A stretch of 62,883 nucleotides of DNA, filler included, from Hausera hauseri (lineage: Eukaryota): NCBI GenBank assembly GCA_046269625.1. It is 11 parts of 11 records of this genome, joined end to end, with 100 filler letters (N's around TTAATTAATTAA, not from the genome) between each part and the next. Parts side by side here need not be neighbours in the genome. Positions count along the whole stretch, not along the records: positions 49,215 to 58,004 come from JBJURY010534342.1; positions 58,105 to 62,883 come from JBJURY010438360.1; 9 more parts are not named here. The stretch is one strand, 5' to 3'. Position 1 is the stretch's first letter. The number at the start of each line of letters is the position of its first letter. Below, piece by piece: positions 50,757 through 62,883 of the stretch. The position numbers and the translations under genes are program-made. The notes beneath the pieces were generated by a model, which searched no databases, was not told where the DNA came from, and saw only the letters and a list, made by a program, of their open reading frames with translations.

Positions 50757-52238
50757 TGTAGGTAAACCCCTCTTCCAGGCTGACCTTTGTCCTTGGTCAG
50801 CCTCTTCTGCTCTCTTGAGAAAAGGGACTGAAGTACCGTGCTAAAATTCTCTTCCCATGTTCTCTAGTTTACTGAGAGGGCCTCAAGGCCAGATACCAAC
50901 CCCCCCTTTTTCTCTCCTCTCAGTGTTTCATTCTAAACATGTTCCTCATTTATATTATATTTGTTCTCTGCTATTTTTGATTGTTATACTCTCTAGAGCT
51001 CTCGTTTAGTTAAAAATTCCTTCTTTAACTTGTTGTTAGTCTGGAATAACATGTTTAATTGTTTTATTGAATAGAGCTTGCATTGACATAATAAGAAGTA
51101 TTAATTAATCGATAGATGCAGAATTAACCATGCAGTAGAATGTACTTAGGTTAACTAATGTTTTACTTTGTTATATTCAAAGTATAAAAAGTAGTAAAGT
51201 TGTTTGGTGTATTTTTAATTAGATGTGCTTTATTCTCTGTTCACAGGAATGAGCAAACTGTTCGTGTGCTGAGTTACAGCTTCACAAACACATCCACACA
51301 CCTGCACCAAACATAACCATGTTTTCCTTTCCTTATCTTGTTTTGACTCCCGCTTCTCAGCGCTTAGCTCTGCGTTTGTCTGTCTGGTTAGTCAGTCTAC
51401 GTTTTGCCTGCTGGAGGACTCTTCGTCAGAGGACTTCAGCTGCGTCCCGCTTTTTGTGTTGAAACATCCTGCCGATGTTTCAGCTTTCTTCTTTCTGACA
51501 GCTTTTTGCTTAAACTTCACAAGTGAACTTTAAGATCGAGCCATATTTTTGGGCGACCCCTCTCCACTGGGTGTCCTGAGCCACGTCGAGGTGCCACACT
51601 TGGCCTTCTGCAAGCTACGAGTATCCAGACTCCCGTGAGCAAAGCTGTGACGGCCAGCACTGTCAGGGCCTCTTCTCAGCTGTCCATCAACAAGCTGAGA
51701 CGCTCCCAACACCAACTGGTAAACAAAGCCTTGGGTGCTGATTTCCCCCGTCCACTTACTCCTGCCACGGTAAGAGGCCACAGGCCTACGACTCGTCTGA
51801 CCTCGGGCAGAACCTCCGGCTCACCCTGGCTCACTGATTATTTGACATAATTAATATAATCTATATAGCTTTGTCTATGTCTCTCCCCTCTCCATCCCTT
51901 TCTTTACTCTTATCCACCTACACACACACTCACTCACACATACACTCTCACACATACACAGTCTGAAGGTGTAACGAAGCATTGTTTAATAATTATCCTC
52001 ATTAACGTGTTAGTTGTCACATCGAGAGCTCTTTTAATATTTAGTCACTCAATTGTAATCACTTCCTTTAATTTTTATTTTTAATAAAAAGCCTGGTTAC
52101 GTTGTAACAGGAATAAAATTGATTAGTGACTCCTTGGTGTTTCTATATAAATAAAGTCTGGGTATTTCTATATAAAAAGGCCTTAGAACCTTGATTAAGG
52201 TAAAACTCCGACTTTAGGTCTAGGGGTATTACACTACA
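50757..52238 (+). repeat. LTR, ~1.48 kb
   Basis: TGTAG...CTACA inverted termini between PPT and PBS; AATAAA motifs near the 3' part. Confidence 0.85.
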
Positions 52239-52242
52239 TATT

Positions 52243-52260
52243 TGGCGAGCCAGCGCGGAG
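52243..52260 (+). promoter_or_regulatory. primer-binding site, tRNA-Arg
   Basis: TGGCGAGCCAGC is complementary to the recalled 3' end of tRNA-Arg(ACG). Confidence 0.8.
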
Positions 52261-53235
52261 GTCTGAATATGAAATATCTGGGTTTTTAATTAATTATATA
52301 CAAAAAAACAGTTGACTTTGCTTCAGAGTGAGTTGTGCTGTGTCAAAAGGGTTTCCTTTTTTCCTTCTCTCCCCTGTGTGCTGATAGCGTTCCTGCTGGA
52401 CAGAGATGCATTTTGTACACATTCTTGTTTAATCCTTGTGAAGTTATAAGCTTTCTGCTGTCTTGGTTGTACTTTTTATGCTTTCAGTTATAATTGCTAT
52501 TGCTAAAGGGCATTCTGATATCATTTATTGTTTATGCATGCAAATTGTTATGTGATCGATCGAGGCGAGTGTTCGCCTGGGATAATTGTCCGCTTGTCCG
52601 CGTATTCCGGAAAGCCTGACAGTTTTTTCCCCCACTTCGTGTTGATTTTTCTGCTTTTGGCCAAGTAGAAAGTTGGCGCCTGCTTATTTTATAAGCTAAG
52701 GTAGAAGTGTTTGTCGCTGCGGAAATACTCCGTTTTAAGCTGCGGTTTTTAGCGGTTGCAGTTGACTTATTCCGTCAGCGTGATACTGACGGATTTCCAG
52801 AGCTTAGTGTTCTGAAGAGCAGCCTTTCGAGTCTGTTGGTAGAGGGGACCATCGCTGCGTGCGTTCGGTCATTGTGTTTCGTGATTACGGTATTAAAACC
52901 GTGTTGGTTGGTGGAGTGTCATTTCTGCCTCTCCGAGCGAGGCGAGCCAAGTGACGCCATTTTGGACAGAGAAACACTGTCTTTGAAGCCGCTCCCCCCA
53001 GGGTGGAGCATCGCTCTCATTGGTTTAGTAAACTTACCACCGTCATTAAATCCAAAAGTGCTTTAGTGCCATCGTGTGGACAATTTAAATTACTACTCCT
53101 TTGAAAAAAAAAAAAGTTTTTTTAAGGCAGTTTATAAGTTGAATTTAGGCTTCATTAACTCTTGATGTTAAAAGTCTTTTCACTTAAAACGCTTTAGAAA
53201 AAAAAATCATTCAAAAGTGTTAAATAACAGTAAAC

Positions 53236-56200
53236 ATGGCATCTGAGACAGATCTGACTGAACAAGGAGGAGACACATTCCTCCTAGATCATGAAGAGGA
53301 AAGACATGTTGTTACAGATTTAACGGAAAAAACTATTCCTGGCTATTTAGATGAGTTGGACAAACTGTCAGTTCCAATAGTTGAACAAGAATATGTTGCA
53401 ACTGCCCGTGGGGTCGTCACAGATAAACCAGGAGCAAAAGAAAGGCCTACAGTCCTAGGTAAAATGGTTTGTCAACTGGTGGTGCTGCGTCAACATAAAG
53501 AAAACAAATATGCAAATGAGGTCGAAGTTAACGAAAAACTCACAGAACAACTTAGACAAATGCAGTCTCAATTAAGGCAAACGCAAGACAAAATGACAGA
53601 GGTAAAAGAAAAACTCTCTGAAGAGCAGGAAAAAAATAAACAATATAAGGAAGACCTTGAAAACGCCAGAGAAAAACTCTCTGAAGAGCAGGAAAAAAAT
53701 AAACAATATGAGGAAGACCTTGAAAACGCCAGAGAAAAACTCTCTGAAGAGCATGAAAAAAATAAACAATATAAGGAAGAATCTGTTAAACAAAAGGCCC
53801 GTTATCAAAGCCTAGCAGATGAAATTGACCAAAAGCAGAATACTATTCAAAATCAAAAGGATGAAATTAACAATTTGAAAAGCGAATTACAAATTCGAGA
53901 AAAAGATCTCACCAACCTAACTGAGTCAAATATCCAGCTTAATCAGGATTCTCGTGAACGTGAAGAGGACTCAAGGTCCAAGGACCGGGAGAACGAACGT
54001 CTACGCCGTTTACTTAGTGAACGAGATGAAACAATCCAAAGACTAAGGTCCAGGAGAGACACTCCTGATGACACACGAGGCTCTGTGGGACCTCGAGACT
54101 CTTACGGTTCAATGGTCACTGATCCAGGTCTTCGGCCTGGCTTAGTGAGTCAAACTCCCCCAGATCCTCAGTCTAACAGAGTCCCCACTTACCCTGAACT
54201 GGATAAGCTAGTCAAGTCTATATCCCGTTTCGACCCGGTTCCAGGGGGTTCACATGACACTAGATCCTACCTACGTGACATTGATTTCTATTTAGAGCGA
54301 TTTCCAGATGCTACTGTCGCTCACAGGATTTACCTCATCAGATCTACGTCTAACCGAGAGGTAAGTAGGTTCCTTGAACGTCAACCCCCTGAGGTAAAAC
54401 AAAATTATCAGTTGCTGTGTGATGCCTTAGAAAGGCAGTTTTCTGGTCCAAGCTTACGAGCAGGCATTACAATGGCTTTAAATGTGAAACAGGATCGTCA
54501 GGAACCACCCAGTGTGTACTACGATCGTTTGTTCCGAGCTTATTTTGGGTCCAGAAATGAGCCAAATATGGAAGAAGATGTAAATTTTAAAGCTCTCTTC
54601 CTACAAAACCTACACCCTTTTGTGAGCGAACAGTTGGGTGTGACAGTTGATGCGCGCTCTAGCGCTCGCCAACTTGTCGAATGGACTACTATCGCTTTCA
54701 ATAAGCGTAAGGCCAGTAGGACCCCTGAGTCACATGTCTACGCAGTCGAGACTAGTTCTATGACAATGGAGCTAGAAGGAGCCTCCTCTGCGTCAGGCCA
54801 GACTAAAACACTTCCTTCTCCAAGGCCAGCCAGAAAAGAACAGTTTGGAAAAAAAAAAAGTAAGGGGTGGCAAAATTATCCACCTCGAGGATCCCCACCA
54901 CGATCGCCATCACAAGATGGACGTCCTATGAATAAGAAAAACTATGAGTACCAACGTTACCCTAAAGGGAACGAACGTGAGACACAAAGGGAGAAAAACT
55001 CTCCACCCCCTTTTCCACAGCAATTACGTTTTAAACAAGGTCAACAGCCACCAAAGACCAAAAAGAAAGCCCAAAAAGACTCTGAGGACTTTGAGTCTTT
55101 GGAACAGAAGTTGAAGGCCAGCCTGGAACTACAGAACAGATTGCGTCATTTATTATCACAGGGTGATAAAGGAAAAGATTCAAAAAACGCTGGAGTACTA
55201 TCCATTGTCTGTGATGACCCTCCTAAGGGTTCCCATCAAACAAGTGATGAGACTGACCCAGAACCTGATCCCCCTGGCCAAAATGGCTCAACCAATGACC
55301 CTGTGGATGCTGTTCCTAGCCCCACTGAGCCTCATTCAGAGCCAGAGCCTGAGTCGTCTGGTTCTGTGCTAGTGGTTCACACAGATAATGGGGATGGTGG
55401 GCCTTCTACAGACGGCAGCAGTGGTGTAAACAATGAACTGGTCCCAAAGGCTCAGTTTCTTTGTTACTTGAGCAAGAGGGGGGTCAACAGAAAAGTCTAT
55501 CTACCATTGGTTCTAGAACATGTTTTCCATCTCGATGCCTTAATGGACACGGCATCGGACGTAACTCTTATGTCCACTTCCTTGTTCAAAGAACTTCAAA
55601 CAGCAGTTCGCCTTGCTAACAGGGAACTCAAGGTACAGGCTTGTGCCTTGGACATTAGGCCCTACTCTCCCAGAGACACAACCCTATCCTCTGTGTCGTT
55701 GATACAGATACGGATAGGACCGATGACTCTGGTTCATCCGGTGTATGTGTCACCTTTGGAGAGTATCCCATTCCTTGTTGGCCAAGACCTCCTTATGAGA
55801 CTCGAACCAATGATAGACTGTCAAGGCTTAAAGCTATGGGCCCAAGTGAGTCATCCATTACCTGTTTCTTTCCCTCCTGGGGGTCTCCAGTGTCTACCGC
55901 TACTTCCCCCAGGAGACCCAGGTGCTTCCTCAACGGATAACCATCCAGTGAGTGACACCTCGGTAAACACAGATGAAGTTCAGGTAAGTGTACCTGTTTC
56001 TGACCCTGTAGGGGTTCAGATCGAACTGGTGGTCACCCAAGCCGACGCCTTAAACACTGATGAAGAAAGAGACAAGTTCAGGCAGCTCCTTCTAAAACAT
56101 AAGGGCTGTCTTTCAGTCGACTCTCTGGACTGTGGATTAACAACCATCCACACAGCCCGCATTCCAACTCCACCAAACGCCCCACCAGCGTTTGTAAGGC

Positions 56201-58004
56201 AATACAAAATCCCATTAGCATCACAGCAGCCTGTCCAAGAAATAATTGACAGCCTTTTGGAGAAAGGCATCATAAGGCCATGTAATAGTACTTACTCAGC
56301 ACCTGTGTGGCCTGTCATGAAGCCAAATGGTAAGTGGCGACTTACCATTGACTACAGACAGTTGAACAAACAAGTTCCGCTGTCTAGGTGGCCTATGACA
56401 CAGGTACAACAGGAACTCCCCAGAGTCACTGATGGTAAGTACTTTTCCACCTTTGACGTCGCTTCAGGTTTTTGGACCGTCCCTGTCCATAAAGACGACC
56501 ATCACAAACTGGCTTTCACCTTTGGAAGTCGCCAATACACTTGGACTAGGTGTCCCTTTGGATACTTAAACTCTCCAGCTGAGTTTAACATCTTTCTCAA
56601 CAAAGCGTGCCCCGACGCTACTGAACGCGGTACCTTAATTTATGTTGACGACATTTTGGTGAGACAGCCCACTTTGGATTCTCATCTGGCAGAGCTGGAC
56701 CATGTCCTGACCCAGTTAACAGCTGCAGGTTGCAAAATCTCACTGTTAAAGTGTCAATGGGCCAAGACTAAGGTGAACTACACCGGACTACTTGTGGGTC
56801 CTAATGGTGTACAGCCACAACTTAGTCGTGCCCAAGGTCTGGATGGTCTTAAGGTTCCTTCGAACCTAAAGGAACTACGCAGTTTTCTGGGCGTTTGTAA
56901 TTACTCACGCCAGTTTATAGAAAACTATGCAGACCTGGCGAAACCATTGACAGAACTCCTCAAAAAGGATGTTCCCTTCGTGTGGACTGACCGTCAGCAA
57001 CAAGCCATGGATGGCCTAAGGGCAAAGCTTAAGGCTGCTCCATGTCTAGCTTACCCAGACCACACTAAGGAATATCACATGGAAGTTGGCTTTTCTTCTA
57101 ACTGTCTAAGTTCGGGTTTGTACCAAATGCACGACCAAGATAAACGTGTAGTGGCCTACGCCAGCAGACCCATGAGCGGCCCTGAGTTTAAGTACTCAGA
57201 TTGCGAAAAAGCTTTACTGACCACTGTGTGGGCAGTTAAACATTTTTCTAACTACATTGGAGGCCAAAAGATTATCGTGGAAACTCATCACCAACCGGTG
57301 ACTTTCCTGAACAGTCAACGCATAAGAGATGGAGTTGTGACAAACTCCCGTGTGGCTGCATGGCTTATGGCTTTGCAAAGTTTTGACTTAGAAGTTCGTT
57401 ATAGTCAAAACAAAAAGTCACGGTTGGGCTCGGATCTGGCAATCTGCCAACAGTGCACTCAGGACATGCCTTTGACACGAGCTGTGCCAAACCCTCCTGA
57501 GACAGAACAAGACCCAAACCACCATTACTTTGATGAAACCATCTGCAAAGACATGCCAACTGTGTACGTGGATGGATGTTCGTTCCACCACGAAGCCGTC
57601 CGTAAAGCTGGTGTTGGGGTTGTGTGGAATCAAGGCCACCAACAAGACACCTTTAGCTTTAAACTGGGTTCCAAGACGTCTCAGTATGCTGAGATCGCCA
57701 GTGTCCTGGCCGCACTCCAAGTGGCCGTGGAGCGTTCTGTCCAAGCCTTAGTGGTTTGTACGGACTCTAACTATGCACGACTGAGTTTCTCTTGTCATCT
57801 TGCTTCATGGAAACAAAATGGTTTCCTCACTTGCAACAAGAAGCCTATCAAACACAAAGATTTGTTTGTGGCATGTGATCACTTGGTGACCTCACATGGC
57901 CTACACGTGTATTGGAAGAAAGTCAGGGGACACTCTCAGGTGCCAGGTGGTGACAAAGAGTGTAATGACCTGGCCGATTCTCTGGCCAAACGTGGAGCGC
58001 TGAA
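53236..58004 (+). CDS. gag-pol: open gag-pol polyprotein (coiled coil, Gag, PR, RT, degenerate RH tether, second RNase H), lokiretrovirus-like; cut by contig end
   Basis: About 1590 aa with no stop; DTAS protease; WRLTIDYRQLN; YVDD; RH1 MEVGFS; RH2 VYVDG..AEI..TDS..GH..NDLADSLA. Confidence 0.92.
53608..53780 (+). repeat. 63-bp coding tandem repeat, about 2.7 copies
   Basis: EKLSEEQEKNKQYKEDLENAR repeated. Confidence 0.9.
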
Positions 58005-59165
58005 NNNNNNNNNNNNNNNNNNNNNNNNNNNNNNNNNNNNNNNNNNNNTTAATTAATTAANNNNNNNNNNNNNNNNNNNNNNNNNNNNNNNNNNNNNNNN
58101 NNNNCTTTCGGCGGTTGTAAATAGAACATATTTTTAACATATATTCGCTATTGTTTTTAAAATTATGTCTAAATGTAACAAATATCTTTCTGTTGTGAAT
58201 CTTATAAAGGATGAATGTGTCTTTCCTTGAAGAATTATGTTTCACTTTAAGATAACCCAAAACTTTTCTAACTTTGATTTTATTCTTATAATTTTGCCTA
58301 AACGAGTAATTAAAAACAAAGAAAAAAAAAAGCGAAAATAACAATTCAAAGTTCGTAACAACATAGCAAGTGAACGTCAGGCTTTCTACTCACAGGAGAG
58401 AAATTTCCACTAGATCTGTCAAATGAGTCATGAAATCTATGCTTATGCCTTACAAATGAGCAGAAGTCCGTGGACAATAGAGCCGCCAAATGTGTCTTCC
58501 CAGCTTGTGAAATCTGATGTTTACGTCTGCATTAATTCAAGAAAGTCAATGGAGGATGGAGTCTCCAGTTTGTATTCTTGTGTTGGTGCAGATGTATTTC
58601 ACAGTGCCAAGTTCTTATGAAATTGTAGCTTTTTCACTTGACAAAAAAAAATGTATGCTGTCTGTCTTTAAAAAAAGTAACACATATTTTCTTCAGTAAT
58701 ATGAAGTAGTAGTTGTTTCATAAATTAGATGCAATTAATCCAATGCTTGTCAGACAAAAGTACGCCAGACCGGAAAAGTTCGATTTAAACAAATTTAATT
58801 CCCGTCATTGGACAAAATAACAAATAAATCAATTCATACGTTTTCACTAATCTGAACAGTTTAATTAAACATGCACTTATACAGTATCAGTCCATCGTGG
58901 AACTTATTCCAGTTAATTATCATCCTAACATGCATCTAGAAAATTTAGTTCGATTTTAAAATTTTATTCAATTTTACTATTCGATCAATATTGTATGATT
59001 GTTCGACGTTATTATTATGATACGAGAGACTGAAGATATTCGTGTGAAACTGTCTATTTGTGAATGATAACTAGAAGCTACTGCGATACCATAAAAATAT
59101 TCTATCAAACTATCAAAAAGTAACAAACGAATAATTTTAATCATTAAAACAACAAATGCAGCTAT

Positions 59166-60503
59166 TTAGACGTACGATGAAGATTGATCGGGAGACGTTT
59201 CCAACAATGTTCGTCGCATCATGTTGTTATATTTGGACAGAAGGCTGCTGGCATCATCGGACATTGTCATGGGGCTGTATCGACCATCTGTATGCCGCCG
59301 TGTGATCTCCATATTATTCCTAATGCGGTACTGTCTGATACGACTTGTCGTCATTGTACGATTAATCCGCGGCACCTGACGTGACTTAAATTGGTCCACT
59401 CGATTTGATGGGTCAGATCCAACATCTGCATAAATAGGCAAAACTCTTCGTGATGCTGTGATAGTTGTTTCACTATCCGTTGTCCGACGAGTTTGCACTC
59501 CATAATGACGCACAACTGGATGAACATCCAGATCAGTTGACCAATAGGAAATCAACTGTTGCGTCATTGTTGCTACGTCCTCACCATACACAGACATTGT
59601 CTGTATTGATCTGCCAGTAGTTTGTAATTCAGTCTGTGTAGATGCATTACGTTGTCGTCGAGGATCAATCAATCGAATATCAATGTAACCATCGTTACTG
59701 CCGCACTCTGCATTCGATGTATCGGGTGTATTCGTATTGACATGCGCATCGCTTGTTTGTACGAATGAGTCGCACTCTGTCGCAACGGATTTGACGGATT
59801 TCGATAGTAGATTGGCAATGATGCTGGTGAATGCAGACTTATCACTAGCTGCAGTAACGTATAGTCGTTCAGTTGTGTCGCGGTTGTCTGTGAATTGCGT
59901 CTGCTCGTCCGTCGTTACGTCCTGCCAAATCTGACTAACGAACTGTTGATTACTGTTGACTATAGGTATAAATGAACACACTGTTGTTTCTTCTACCGAT
60001 GTCTCTACTTCCTCCTGTTCATCATTTGTTCCTTCTGCTGATGCCGACAATACTGACTGTCTCAACTGCCGTAATTTCTCTTTGCATCTGCGCAGTTTAT
60101 ATCGTAACTTGTCAATCAGCTTTTGCTGCTTTTCTAATTGAGAATTATCGATAACAGTTGGTTCAGAAATGACAATGGGTTCGACAAATGTTTTATTATC
60201 ATCTGTAGCAGCCACAATCTCCTCCTCTACATATTTCCCATTTATTTTGTCACCCAACGCAAATCTAACGTTCCTTCTCGTCGCTGCCATGGCAACCGTT
60301 GTTGATGTGCCGAAAATCGAAAATTCATCACCGGAATTGTCGTAATTTTTCCCCCAGTTTGAACCATAATAAGTTCGGCTGACGTTCTCGACTGTTCCTA
60401 TTTTCCCAGTAACCAGAGACGAATTATCATAAATAAACTCATTTTCTGTAGAACCAGTAAATTGTGGACCTTTGTTGAAATATCGGTGTTTGTAAGACAT
60501 CAT
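59166..60503 (-). CDS. hypothetical 445-aa protein: coiled coil plus T/S-rich region with multiple TQT-like motifs
   Basis: Intact intronless ORF; RNVRF; QLEKQQKLIDKLRYKLRRCKEKLRQL; ASTQTE, SIQT, GVQT. Confidence 0.7.
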   Translation of the reverse strand: MMSYKHRYFNKGPQFTGSTENEFIYDNSSLVTGKIGTVENVSRTYYGSNWGKNYDNSGDEFSIFGTSTTVAMAATRRNVRFALGDKINGKYVEEEIVAATDDNKTFVEPIVISEPTVIDNSQLEKQQKLIDKLRYKLRRCKEKLRQLRQSVLSASAEGTNDEQEEVETSVEETTVCSFIPIVNSNQQFVSQIWQDVTTDEQTQFTDNRDTTERLYVTAASDKSAFTSIIANLLSKSVKSVATECDSFVQTSDAHVNTNTPDTSNAECGSNDGYIDIRLIDPRRQRNASTQTELQTTGRSIQTMSVYGEDVATMTQQLISYWSTDLDVHPVVRHYGVQTRRTTDSETTITASRRVLPIYADVGSDPSNRVDQFKSRQVPRINRTMTTSRIRQYRIRNNMEITRRHTDGRYSPMTMSDDASSLLSKYNNMMRRTLLETSPDQSSSYV

Positions 60504-60919
60504 GCATAAAACGTATCAATTCACTGTTGTGTGATAATTGAAATTATTGACTCATTAAAACAAAACTGCAGCACATTGAGCAGAGTAAAATGAGATTATG
60601 TATGAATGGAATTCAACAAAACCGTATATGTCAATACTTCAAATTCTCAGTTGAAAATGAAAGAAAAGTAGACAAACTTCGGTGAATTGAGTTCGTGGGA
60701 AGCTTGTGACGGTGACAATGCAAAATAACTCAATTGGGGGGGGAGGTGTAGTTTGGATAACATATAACTTCCAATAAATAAGAAATTCAAATAAAAACGC
60801 TGAAGCAGGCGATAAAACGATTGTATTTTTTTAACTTTCAAATTCAAATGGTCAATCTTCAATTCGGAATCAATAATTTGTACAGTTAAATGTATTTGCA
60901 AATATTTACACAGTTTTGT

Positions 60920-61354
60920 TCAGTCACACATGTTTCGAACAGAAAAGCGTCCAAGGAATGTTGTGAACGTGTGAGACGATGTAACTGACTCGAGTACTTC
61001 TTGTTTAACACTAGCAGGTTGTTCTGGTATAAAATTGGTAGGTCTATTCACTGATAATTGTAGTTTCATTCCAATATCATCATTGGCATCATCATCTGTC
61101 AAGTCGACTCTCTGCATAGCTTTGACATCTTTTAAGTAATCATCATTGATTTCGTTGTAAAAAGAGAAAGGGTTTTGCCATTGACTTGGTAGTAATATAC
61201 CCTTCTTGCTCGTCCTTTCCGGTCTCTGTAGATATGAAGTTTCCAACTTTCGCACTAACGATAATAATGTTGATTTTCGCGATTTTTTGTGTCGTATGGT
61301 CACATGGCGGGAAAGATCCTTCCATCGGCACACTAATTTCCCCAGTGCGACCAC
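60920..61354 (-). CDS. hypothetical ORF directly downstream of the copy-4 3' terminus
   Basis: 144-aa frame with a protein-like C-terminal half; no ATG start. Confidence 0.3.
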   Translation of the reverse strand: MVALGKLVCRWKDLSRHVTIRHKKSRKSTLLSLVRKLETSYLQRPERTSKKGILLPSQWQNPFSFYNEINDDYLKDVKAMQRVDLTDDDANDDIGMKLQLSVNRPTNFIPEQPASVKQEVLESVTSSHTFTTFLGRFSVRNMCD

Positions 61355-61361
61355 ACTCTAA

Positions 61362-62883
61362 GCACTACATCACCCCCCCCCCCGTGGCAGAAAAGACACG
61401 ATATGAAGGCGAAAGAAAACGCTGAAAATATGATTGATGAAAAACGAAGACTATGAAGAGAAGAAAATCAATGGAAATTATAGTAGGAAAAGGAAGAGCT
61501 TATACCTATTCGGTTTTGGTACGTGTTAGACGTTGGACTCCATCTATGAACTTCTCCCTGCTGGAAGTGCTAAACGTCACATGACGTGATCTGTTAGATG
61601 TTGCTAATGCTTGTGGATTTGTTCGAGGGAGAGATACTGTGGATTTTTTGGTACTGGAAGATACTTTATGAAGAGGTTAAAATGGAGAGGAAGCTGAAAA
61701 TGGAAAAGGATCACGCGAAGAAGACGATACTGGAGAATGCAGCGAACCGTGCGATGACAGTGAAAAGAGTAGTGGGTGTGCAGGCGATGACGGCGAAGTA
61801 AATGGTGAATGAGCAGTGAACGATGACGGAAATGAAAAGGACTTATTGTGATTCGATTGCTGCGACGGCTCAAAATTATCGAGAAAATTAGATAATGACT
61901 CGCGGGTAGAGAAATTAGAGTCAGGATTTGAAACAAGGCTGTTATCCTGGTCATCATCAACGAAGAATGCTGGCTTAAGATTAGAGATATGTACATTTTG
62001 AGGTTTGACTTGCGCAAAATATTAGCGGTGTGCGAACAAAGGTTTAGTAGTTTGTAAGGACCAACGTATTGAGGCCGAAAACCAGACGGTGAAGTATCCT
62101 TCAGCCATACAAATTTGGCTGAGTATATGTCCTCTGGAATATAAGATTTGTCTTTATTTACAAGACGGCAAAAGGCGTTTGAGTTTACCTCTACAAAGTG
62201 GGACTGTGCTGCACGAATGACTTCATCTGATTGATTTTCATCCATATTGGAGAGCTCAAATAGTACACGAATTGGTGTCCAAACGAGAACTTCAGCCCGG
62301 GCACAACCGGTGGTAATAGATGGCGTGTTGCGCCAACCAAGTAGAACAAGAGGAAGAATCGAGGTTCAGTTACGATTGTTGTTTGCCAGAATTTTTAAAG
62401 AAATCTTCATGATGCGGCGAAATCTCTGAAGAAGGCCATTTGCTTGGGGATTGTACGGCGTCGTATGGAAGTGGGCTATCCTCAAGTGCTTTACTAGAGA
62501 TTTAAAAAGATCAGTTTCAAATTGCGAACCCTGGTCCTTTATAATGTAACGTGGTGAACCAAAACGGCTGACACATATCTTGATAAATGCATCTGTTACT
62601 GAGTCAGTGTTGGTTGATCGAAGCGGAACGGCTTCAGGCTAGCGGGAAGCACGATCCATCATGGATAAAATATATTGATAGCCGTTGTCGGATAGCAAAG
62701 GGTCGACAAGATTCAAATGCAGTGTCAAAATGGGACGTACAAGGGAAGTGGTAAAGTGGGGGTTTTAGGTTTTTGTGGACCTTGTATTGCTGGCATGCTG
62801 CACATCCCTTGACCCAGGTCTGTACATCTGTACGCATAGTTGGCAATACAACGTGGCGTTGCAGTAGGCGAAATGTGGCTTTT
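61362..62883 (-). mobile_element. CsRn1-like Gypsy copy 4: integrase, tail, PPT and terminus
   Basis: CAACQQYK..PPLYHFP, KDQGSQFE, YNPQANGLL, PQYVGPYK (GPY/F); PPT GGGGGGGGGGTGA-TGTAGTGC. Confidence 0.9.

Noticed and set aside
53572-53808. Phe-rich antisense ORF (and similar shadow ORFs such as 1803-2102 and 27552-27965)
   Set aside because: Reverse-strand shadows of repeats or real coding sequence.

Overview
This window is not one locus. It is a concatenation of 11 unrelated eukaryotic contigs joined by artificial 100-nt N-TTAATTAATTAA-N spacers, and it is dominated by mobile and virus-like elements. Contents: (i) two decayed Polinton/adintovirus-type protein-primed PolB genes (contigs 1 and 5), both preceded by the same unrecognised tandem Cys/His domain; (ii) four decayed copies of one CsRn1-like Ty3/Gypsy family (6408-10015, 41186-42747, 43057-47860, 61362-62883); (iii) LINE and SINE fragments; (iv) a fish pim-related kinase locus beside an intronless DEDDh exonuclease remnant; (v) mariner, possible Harbinger and GPCR remnants; (vi) an env-bearing Gypsy element with RT deleted; (vii) a fish lokiretrovirus-like element with an open gag-pol and two RNase H domains. 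The strongest candidate for a new system is the CsRn1-like family. All three copies that retain the 5' end encode a ~70-aa ubiquitin-like domain ending in an [LI][RC]GG di-glycine (LRICGG, PKLRGG, PRIRGG), fused to the N-terminus of Gag. Two copies have a GC-rich, pseudoknot-capable leader in front of it, and copy 1 has no AUG before the GG. Where an LTR is expected, the copies instead abut co-oriented, intronless host-gene relics (RB-family, KDM5, a possible NBEAL-like gene). All homology calls come from motif recognition by eye and recalled family sequences; no searches were run.
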